A stretch of DNA of 64,000 bases, from NCBI GenBank assembly GCA_008632985.1, contig QPGO01000010.1, forward strand, positions 310,001 to 374,000. Reading direction: 5' to 3'. This document shows, one piece after another, positions 49,625 to 59,196 of the stretch; within the stretch, counting starts at the first letter, position 1; the number at the start of each line of letters is the position of its first letter. Source of the stretch: Psammoneis japonica. Its lineage: Eukaryota. Made by a program: the position numbers and the translations under genes. The notes under the pieces are model-generated. The model was not told the origin of the DNA, made no database searches, and worked only from the letters and a program-made list of their open reading frames with translations.

Positions 49625-52262
49625 GCTTTTGCGGCAATGCTGTAAGCAGCAGTTGTTTTGTTTGTTGACGTGGTGCGATGATTTGTGATTGTGTTCATTT
49701 CCATCTTCATTCACATCATTCGCTATTCTGGAATTCAGTGTTCAGCGTCTTGCGGTCTGTCGTCGACATGATGTTTTGGACTATTTATTTCAGTGCTGAT
49801 CACCTGCATGTTGTGCCATGGATTCGTCGTCGTCGTGTTTGCTTGTTGTTGGGGAGTTACAAGTGTTCTGCCAAACTGACGGAGTAACAGAAGAATGTCC
49901 ACGACAAGCCACATGGGGTTTAATTGAGCCATCTCAGTGCTAAAGTGGCCAGCTGCAATGCTCTCTGGCAGAGAGAAACAGAAGATTCGCAATTCTTGAG
50001 TTTGTCTTTCTGACGGCACCAAGCTCTGTCCACCCACCTTTTGAGGTGAAGAATCACCTGGCTGGATGAAAATGATGTTGAACACCTTCTTCAGCTGAGC
50101 AACAAGTCTCCTGTCAGAGTTCTTGGGCTTGTCTTGAAGTTGGCCTTGAGCACGTGGGTTGGCGCACCAGTCAGGATCAAGAAGCAGACGAAGCTGTGAT
50201 GGTGGCAAGGCAAGCCCAGTGGAAAACCGCAATGGGATTTTCTTCACTGGCCACAGATGATTCCTTGTGAGTGGCCTCTTGCTCCCAGTCATTGCTCTCC
50301 ATGGAGGTTGCTTTTCCAACATGCAGTCCTCCCAAGGCTGGGATGCAGCACAGCAGAGCACAAATCCACACACAGTGTTGGGAGACAACAAAAATCACTG
50401 CAGAAAAACATTTGCCTGCCTTCAACAAAAAGCTGTCTTGGAGGGTGCATCTTGTCTAAAAGGACGAGAGAAACACAGCTGCAAATGAGGCTGTTGCACA
50501 TTGTTTGCAATCAAATTGCACAGAATTGACATGACAAAAGTGCCAAGAAGTCTTGACTCATCAGAGGAATGGTGCAAAAGAGCTGTCATCTTAGTCAATG
50601 ATGGCTTGGATTGCAATCATCCACATGGAAAAAACAGTTGATGTGGTTTAGAACATGTGACGACTGCTGTGGAGGTTTGCTGTTTTGGGAACTCAAAGAA
50701 AATTTGGTGAGAACATCTTGGGCACAAAATTGCATGGAGGATGAAATGCACACAGCCATTGGAGATGAGAGCAACAAGAAGAATCACCATGAAATGTTGA
50801 AGGCACAACAGAGCACCCCCCCTCCAACACCTGTGGCATCTCAGTCATGGCACAACTGCCTGACAAATGTTCCAAACAAGTGTCCCAGGAGGTCAGCACA
50901 ACACCAAACTCCAGTGTGGGGCAGTCCTGTGGGGTGCAGAAAAGCAAATGCAGCCAAAACAGCTGGACCAGCACAACTGACAATGAGCTCAACATGCAGG
51001 AGTGACTGTCAACAGCTTGCCATTCCTGGTGTTCTAGCCATGACCTTTTCTCCAGTCCATTTCCAATGACCTTGATGCCAAACACTCCCTTGATTTTTTT
51101 GGGATGATTGCAGTGAGAGTTGACCCTCATTCTCTGCTTGGTGGTCATGGCATTGGCAAGCCTCAGATTTTAGCAACAAGCAGACCTTCCAGGGCACAAT
51201 GCATGGCATTGTTGCCCTCCCACTGCCAGCAGCTCATTGAAAAAGGACAAGCACCATCTGCTGCAGTCGTGCAGATGTCTTAGAATGAAAACAGTGCAAG
51301 TTAGAGAGTTGCCAACAAGAAAGGCAAGCAGAGCCATTGAGCAGCTGAGGCAGTGCAGAGCTGGTTTCTCTTGAGTTCTTTGACTGTTCAGGGCACTCCC
51401 GTGCTTTGTGACAAACACATTTCAACTTGTGGGATTGTCTTTTGCCATCAACATGATTGTCTCTCACTGTCACAACAACTGCCACAAAGTGTGGAATGCA
51501 CCATTTTTGATTGGCTTGAGGTCACTTCTTGTTGATCTGTCAACTCAAGCAAACAGCTGCAAACAAGCACCACTGTGCTTCATCCAAAACAGATGTGTGC
51601 AAGCTTGAGCTCAGTTGCTGCACCGATGAAAATGCTGAGCTCATCCTGGAAGGTTGCACTCATGGAAAATCAATGATCTTCAGGCTGTTGCAAAGTTTGC
51701 CGGCAATGCAACCTGCCAAACAAGTTCACCACAGCACCAACAAGAGTGGAGTCAAATCCACTTGCTGGAAGTGATGGGCTGTCATTGTGCAGAAAAGTCC
51801 AATGAAGGGACTGTGCAAGAAACTGCCAATTGCACAAATTGTCTTCAGCAGCAGGAATGTGAAAACAAGATCCAAAGAAACAGATGAGAGGAGACATGGA
51901 AGAAGAAAAAGCCCGCAGTGCCAGAGTGCATGAAAAGCTTTCTGGAAAAAGTGCCCAAAAGTTTTTCTGACCTGGACAAGAATGAGACCATGACAAGTCT
52001 CTGGCACCCTCCTCCCCGAGAAGAAGATGCACTTGAGGTGGTTTCTCAAGACAATGCAAAAGTCTGCTTTGCTCACAAGGAATCATGGTCACAGTCATGA
52101 GAGAGTGGCTGTGTTGATGGCTGTGACAAACCTCAAAGTGTTTGTCCTTGTTTGTTTCCAAGTGGCTGAAGATTTTGCTCATGTGCACACTCACTTTAGA
52201 AGTCAATCATTTGTCCATTTGGGGAGAGCCAATGCTGGCATGTGGTTTGTTGAAGTTTGCGG

Positions 52263-52538
52263 TGATAGAAATTGAAGGCAAATGGCAAGAATTCAAACAA
52301 CAACTCCTCACTGCTGTCTAAACAGCAGATGAGTCTCCGCTCAGAGACCGTCACAGGAGCCGAAAGACATGCAAGTCGGCACAATTGGGCTGCTGTTGTC
52401 ATTCTTGTGAGCCTTGTGGCTCGAAAGCAAACTACATCGCGCGTGAACGCGCGGAACTAAAGCACACAAAACTGTGCGCGGCAAACTAAACAGCGCGCGA
52501 TGCTTCGCGCGCATCCAAATCCTGTTCAAATCCTGTCA
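52263..52538 (-). repeat. 3' LTR of the copia element
   Basis: tgatagaaattgaagg...tcaaatcctgtca; aligns without gaps to 58921-59196. Confidence 0.95.
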
Positions 52539-52539
52539 C

Positions 52540-55500
52540 TCCCCAGTTTGCTTGAGGAGCCACAGAAACAGATTCGACTTCGGATGGAATGAAGTTCCAG
52601 AACATGAGGGGTCGGAGAAGGTCCCAGATTTGGGAGTGACCCCAATGCTTGCTGAGAATGTCAGCAGGGTTGCGGGAGCCTTCAATGAAGTGGAGCTCAA
52701 GGCAACCAGAGGCAATTGCCTCACGCACACGGTGGAACGACAGTGCGGTGTGTCGCTTGTGTAACTTGGAGTGCGGGATGGTGGCACTGTCTACAACCGA
52801 CTTGTTGTCACCGAACATGCAACTGACATTGCGGATCGGGACGCCAAGGTGGCGCAGGGTGATGCGCAGGTCGACAATCTGCTCAACACAATTCCTTGCG
52901 GCAACAAATTCAGATCCGCAGGTTGCAGTCTCCACGGTGGCTTGTTTCTTGGAGAACCAATCAGCCGGGAATTTGTTGAGGAAGTGGAGCATTCCCATGA
53001 CAGAGCGTCCGGTGAGCATGCAATGGTGCAAGTTTGCATCGACGTGGTGGGTGGCAGTGACAAACTTGCCAAGGGGCGGTGGAGCGTCCTTCGGGATCAT
53101 CTCTTCTGCTTCACCACACACGGAATGCATCCATTCGCAGGCCGGAGCAGGGAGATCCGAATGGTCGGGCTCTTCCGTGCGAACGCGGAGAGCACCGTGT
53201 CGCATCTTGGAGAGGCACCCACAGACGCGTTTGGCACGATCCAAGTGGCCTTGACGGGGCGCAGCTCGGAAGCTAGAGAGTGACATGACGGCCGTGGTGA
53301 TGTCAATTCGACCAAGGGACACTGCCCATTGGAGTGAACCAACAAGAGACTGGAACTTGTGAATGCCATCGGGTCCCAGCAGTTCGGAAGTGTCCAGTTC
53401 GGGGTGGTCACCCTTCTCTAGAGGTGACAGGGCGTTGGTGGTGGGTTTCTCCCCAAACAGTCGGGCGCAGCTGTCGACCATGCGCTCGATGTACTTGCGC
53501 GGAGACAGGCACAAGGTTCCGTCGGGGTCCCGGGAAAAGTCGCAACCCAGATGGAACTCAATGGGTCCCGCACCCTTGAGCTTGAACTTGCACTTTTCCG
53601 TGAGAGTGTCGACGAAAGATTGAGGGTCCTTCATGGCAATGGCGAGGTCATCCACATAAACGGCAATGTGTTCATAGTGGTCGCCGTTCCTGCGCATCCA
53701 AATGTCGGGTTCGGCGTGGCAGGGGAAGAAGCCTTCAGCTCGCAGGCAGTCGGCGAAGCGCTCGTGCCAGCGGAGACCGGAGCTGCGGAGTCCATACAGT
53801 GCCTTGTGGATGACAAGGATGTGTCCTTCGAGTTTGCCAAATTCGGGTCCAGCCACAATGTAAAGCTTCTCCTTGGTGGTGGCTTCAAGGCAGGCATTGC
53901 CAATGTCGGTGGCCCATGTCTCCAGCTCGTTGAGTTCGGCCAGGAAAATCATCAGCCGAAGGCCACGAAGGGAGACCACTCCGGAGTGGACACTGTCGAC
54001 AGGTGCGTCCGTGAGGTGCCCGTCGGCTGCGAGTCGTGCCTTGTGGCGACCGTCGTGTTTCACGTCGCACACCAGGTGCACTCGGATCTTCTTGTGTCCC
54101 GCAGGAGGAGTGGAAGACTTGAAGGGCCCGCAGTCATGGAAGACTTCGTATTCATCGAGTTGGTCCATCTCGAGATTAGTTGCGTCTCCCCACTTGCGGT
54201 TGCCGTTGCGTTCGTCCAGTGACATGGCGTGTTTGTAGTTCCGGGGAACTTCGCATCCGCACTTGCAGCGAGGTGCAGTGCGGAAGGAGCGAAGCTTGGC
54301 TTGGTTGGCCATGCGAAATAGCTTCTTTTGGCGCCTCGCGATGGTGCGGAACCGCTTCCATCCATCCGTGTCGAGGAGTCCGTTCTCTCGTGCATAGATG
54401 GCACAGGTGACGGGGTCGTCCTTGGCGATGATGGCAAGAGGCTCGGACGTGATCTCCCCACTTTCCCATTCAAGCATGATGTTGTAGCTTGAGCCTTTCC
54501 AGGTTGGGTCGTGAGGCTTCAGAGGGCCTTCGTGTGACACGATGCGTCGAAATTTCCAAACAGTGGTGTCTTCGTCTTCTTGCTCAATGTGATTCATGAT
54601 GTCATTGTGGGCAAGGACTTCCTCGTATTCGTCATTGTTGACAGAGCAGACGAACTTAGTGAGCTCGGGATTGCCGTTCACTTTCCATTCGTGGTCTTCG
54701 ACGGCCTTGACGATGCGAGCTCTGTGGCGTTGTCCGTCCTCTTGTGGCTGCATGAGGAAGGTACGTCCAATGATGTCTTGCGGATCGAAAACTGGCATCT
54801 TGGGTGTCCTGATCTCCCCATCAGGAGAATCGACGGGGTTGTCGTCATGGCGAGATTTGATGATGGGTTCAGGTGGCTCCCCATCAGGAGGATCAAGACG
54901 CAGGTTTCGAACGGCAGGATCGGGGGTGGCGGAGCGAACGTTGGACCGGCAGAGGATCTTCTGAGTCTCGTCAGATAGAATCTTGAAGGTCATCTGGTGG
55001 CCGACGTGCTCAGCAATGCCAACGAAGCGTCCACGCAACTCACGAGATTCGGACGGCCAATCGGAGTCATCGAGGTGGAAGTACACTGGTTCCCACCAGT
55101 GAAAGCGAAGCAATGGGCTGATGTCCGGGGTGGATCCAGTGAGAGTCTTGAGGGGCGTGCGCCAGTGGAGACGTGGGGACGCTGCATGGTTGAGTGTGAA
55201 GCACACGCACATGAGCGCCAGCAGCCATGTGTGGGCGGGCGAACCAAAACGGTCCATGACAGTGTTCGCCATGCGCTTCACAGTCTGGTGTTGACACTCG
55301 GCAAAGTTTTGGTGTTGCTGGTGAGGCTCACTTTGCCAGCTGGAGATGAAGAGGGCGCGTAGGATCCCGAGCACTTTGTTGCTGATCTCAACTTGAGCAC
55401 GGTCGCTAATGAGTTTGGATGGGGCACCACGTTCACGGATCTGATCCTCGAGTGTGTTGACAAACTCTTTGTCCGTCTCAGTGCCGCAGACGTCAGTGAC

Positions 55501-56330
55501 GGTAGACTCGGTGCCAACAAACAGTTGGGCGCTGGTGCAACCAGAGTCGACGGCCGGGGTGTCGGCACAAACGGTGTCAGTGGCGATGGGCTCGTTGCGA
55601 CGGTGCACATTAAGGGCGGGGTTGGGTGATTTGAAGGCCTTGCGAAGGTGTGCACCGGCGGGCATGCGGGTGTACTGCGTGGTGCAGTCAAAAGTACGAC
55701 GGACCGCATTGGCAGGTGGGAAGCCAAAGCAAGGCCGAAGAGACTCGAAGGGGGGGTCCTTGGGCTGTGCAGTGCGCTCCGGAGGTGGAACGTCATCGCC
55801 CTTGGGGTCAATCGCACGCAGATGACACTCGTGGAACACGTCGTCGTTCGGAATGAGGTGATCATCGAGGGCGGACGCGTGATCGGCAGACAAGGAAGCG
55901 GACAAGATGGTCTCGTTGACAACGACACGGTGACGGCAGTTGCCGCATTCGTCAAACAGGTTGGCAGTGGGATCGTCCTGTGGGTCAGAGATCGCGTCGC
56001 ACCACTGGTCATCGTCAGTGACAGAGTGATCGAGGACGGAAGGGTCCCATGTGTCATCACCGGTGAGGATGACGTGGGGCAGGGTGTCCCATTCGGCGTC
56101 AGTGTGGGGTCGCATGGCAACACAAGGCAGGCCAGCCTTGATGTCAATGGGGATGACATGGCCATCAGGAGTGGCGGTGCGTTGCAAGCCGTTGGGCACC
56201 TTGACAGAGCGATCGTTGACATCCTGTTTGTGCCATTTGAGCTGGCCGCAGGAATGGATGGCAGACGTCGTCGCCAGCAATGCCGCCGTTGGCCCCACGA
56301 TCGACTAGAGCGCCAGTGCGTGTGGAGCGA
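52540..56330 (-). pseudogene. pol: Copia pol (protease, integrase, RT, RNase H), inactivated mainly by missense changes
   Basis: LVDRGANGG (PR); IATDTV, LISDRAQVE and SEPHQQHQNFAE (IN); KARLAADGH, DIGNACL, KALYGLRSS and YVDD (RT); GSEFVAAR, MFGDNKSVV and NPADILSK (RH). Frameshift near 56300; 1270-codon open frame with only about 12 Tyr. Confidence 0.9.
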
Positions 56331-56599
56331 TGAGCAGAGGCAGAGCAAATGACATTGTGGTTGTCAACGCGGCGGCAAGTGCGGCCGTCAAGTTCTGTGT
56401 CATCTGCAGAAGCTGGCGGGGTAGAGGAAGCGGCGGATGGCCCCGGTCGACTGGCATTGGGGGCTTGGTTAGGAGACAACAGACGTTGCAGATCACCGGG
56501 TGGCAGTGGCTTGCGCTTGGTGAGGTGCGCCAGGACAGGATTGTCCGAAATGGCGCCCACATGTGCAGCGGAGTCACCACAGTCAGCAGGAGTCGTGTT

Positions 56600-57997
56600 G
56601 GACAAGTTGACATCACCGTCACTCCCAAGGTGTTGGTCGTGAAGGTTGGCCGTAACAGACTCATGGCAGTTGCTGGCTCACGGGTTGCAGGGAGGCGGAC
56701 GAGAGTGCTCAAGGATGATCGCCTTGGAGGAATCGGGCAACGAATCCCAGAGCCGTTGGTGGTCGGGAGGGAGACGTCTCCATTGGACACCGGCGAGGCT
56801 GGGACCACGGGTGCAGGCAGCATTGGCTTGAAGGACGTCAACGTCGCTGTCAATGTCGCAGAACACATGGTCGGACGGTTCCTCGGAGTGGACGTCGTGT
56901 GTGCATGTGGCGCGTCGGGGAGCTCGAGGTGTCGTCTTGGGTTGAAACGTGCTGTCGCACTGAGCTGCCGCGGAGAGGAGCAAGCCACAGCATTGATCGT
57001 ATGTGAGGCTCTTGCCACTCTGCGTGCGATGCTGATCAGCTTGGTTCTTGACAGCACGGAGTTCCTCGACAGGGTGCACGGCATTCTCGAGCATGATGCG
57101 CTTCTGTCCTTCAGAGAAGTGGTCGCTGGCGGGGATGAGTGCCTCGTGCTTGCGCAACTGATCTTGCCAATGAAGGATGAACCCGTGGGTCGGACCTTTC
57201 CAAGTGCCATCACCAAGACGTGCGGTGGTGAGGTGCGTGAGCAGGGTGGAGGACTCGACAGATGCATGGGTGGAGGCAAGCGCGCATTCAGACAAGGAGC
57301 GGCAGACGGTCTGTGCGTCAGAGGACCCCACATTTTCGCGAATGAGAGCCTTGCCCTTGTCGGTGAGAAGGATGCGTTCGAAGACGGCGAACATGCACTT
57401 TTGCTGTTCAGCAAAGAGCAGTTTGTCTTCGGGGCTGGTCGGTTTGTACGACGAGTCTAGAATGCACTCGACGTCTTGGGCACGGGCTTGTGCCACAAGT
57501 GAGGTGTGCCAAGTGTGCCACTGCTTGTCGGATTTGAGAGCCGTGAAAGCGGTGGGATCACGCTTGATGCCTCGCTTGAAGTCTCGCACCGGGTCGCGTG
57601 CCTTGGTCGGGTTGGTGACATGTGGAGGTGCAAGGGGTGAGCTGCCGATGGACAGAGAGGACATGCAGTGCGGGCTGAGGCGGCAGGCAAGGAACTCGTC
57701 ATGCACGAACAAAGAGGAGTCGTTGGCAACGTCAAGACCTTTGTGTGCTTTGACAATGTACAGGCCAACCAGTGCTGCTAACATGTTCTTATAACCACGG
57801 GGCAAAGGGATTACATTGGTGCCGTTGTCGCACTCAAGCGAGTCGATTTGGGACGGTGTGAACGTGAATGGTTCCTGATGCGAGTCCGTGCCGTCTTGGG
57901 CCAAAGCCAAACGAAGAGGACTCCCAGCACCTTGGGCAAGCACGGTTCCAACAACGTGCTCGAAACCATCGGTTTGTTGCTGACGAGTGAGAACCAT
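56600..57997 (-). pseudogene. gag: Copia gag
   Basis: MVLTRQQQ...DFKRGIKRDPTAFTALKSDKQWHTW...AQARAQDVECILD...MLENAVHPVEELRAVK, typical of CoDi gag. Frameshifted into the PR region near 56680. Confidence 0.85.
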
Positions 57998-58906
57998 GGT
58001 GGACAAAAGTGGTGTCAGGACAATCAACTCTGGTTGGGAAGCGAAGGTAGACTCGAAACTTGGGTGAGAATAGACTTGACTTGAAATCTTGAACTGTCTT
58101 AAAATCAGAAGTTGCCGGGCTTTGTCATCCCGTTCGTTGTCAAGTGCCAAACTTCCCACCCGGTCCGCAGAGTTGTGCCGGCACGTCCGAACCCGCAGCT
58201 GGTGGCGTTTTGGGTTGCTTGCGAGCGGAGTGGCGGGTTGTAAACCCCTGCAGGTAAGCTGACCAGAGGTGGACAAGACCCCCGAACCGTTCTTGTTTTA
58301 CATCGGTTGGATTTCCCGATCAGGCTGGCCAGTTGACGCAGGCGTCAGGCGCTGTGGACGAACGAACAAACGCGGGAAAGCACCCTCGCCCCAACGCAGG
58401 CTGCAATCACGGCTGCTTGCTCTCACAGTCGTCCTCGTGGACCTGGTGGAACTGCAGAGCACCAGCAGTCCGGGGCAGATCAGGTGCAATGGACTCGGTG
58501 TGCTTGTAGAGTGGCAGCAAAACCGCAGTCCGAAGAGTGGGTGCAGGTTCTTGGCCGTGAAGATGTGTGTGTGTGTGTGTGTCTTCAGCGACGAAGATCC
58601 TTGAACATGCAGGGTTCTTGACTGTTGACCAATGAACAGGCATGTCAAGGGATGAGGATCAAGGACAGACTTGGATGTGACCGTTGAATGTATGTCTTCA
58701 GCGATCAAAGGCAGCACAATCAAACCAGACATCCAGCGGTGAGGAGACTTGACGGTGACGTTAACTTCCTGCCGATGCCCTGGTGTTGGATGCGCGCAGA
58801 CTTGCCGATGTATGTAGAACATGTGCGGAGGTCCACGTAGAATTGAAACAGCGTCGTTGGTAAATCAACGACGACGATGGCGGTTGCTCAATGGGTTGAC
58901 AATGAG

Positions 58907-58920
58907 CAAGACTGTTAATC
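58907..58920 (-). other. Putative primer-binding site complementary to the anticodon arm of tRNA-Asn(GUU)
   Basis: The plus strand CAAGACTGTTAATC directly abuts the 5' LTR and reads as stem-CT-GTT-AA-TC. There is no canonical TGG PBS. Confidence 0.55.
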
Positions 58921-59196
58921 TGACAGAAATTGAAGGCAAATGGCAAGAATTCAAACAATGACTCCTTGCTGCTGTCTAAATGGCAGATGAGTCTCCGCTC
59001 AGAGACCGTTGCAGGAGCCGAAAGACGTGTAAGTCGGTATAATCGGGCTACTGTCATTATTCTTGTGAGCCTTGTGGCTCGAAAGCAAACTACATCGCGC
59101 GTGAACGCGCGGAACTAAAGCACACAAAACTGTGCGCGGTAAACTAAACAGCGCGCGATGCTTCGCGCGCATCCAAATCCTGTTCAAATCCTGTCA
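58921..59196 (-). repeat. 5' LTR of the copia element
   Basis: tgacagaaattgaagg...tcaaatcctgtca; 19 substitutions versus the 3' LTR by manual alignment. Confidence 0.95.

Larger units (their letters stand above)
52263..59196 (-). mobile_element. Full-length Ty1/copia LTR retrotransposon (CoDi-type), 6934 bp
   Basis: 276-bp LTRs bounded by TG...CA; 5-bp TSD TGCGG (52258-52262 and 59197-59201); domain order gag-PR-IN-RT-RH; short PPT (GGGGAG on the minus strand) abutting the 3' LTR. Confidence 0.95.

Noticed and set aside
55648..57794. Long plus-strand ORFs antisense to copia gag/pol
   Set aside because: Shadow frames of a GC-rich, stop-depleted coding region, with no recognisable domains.
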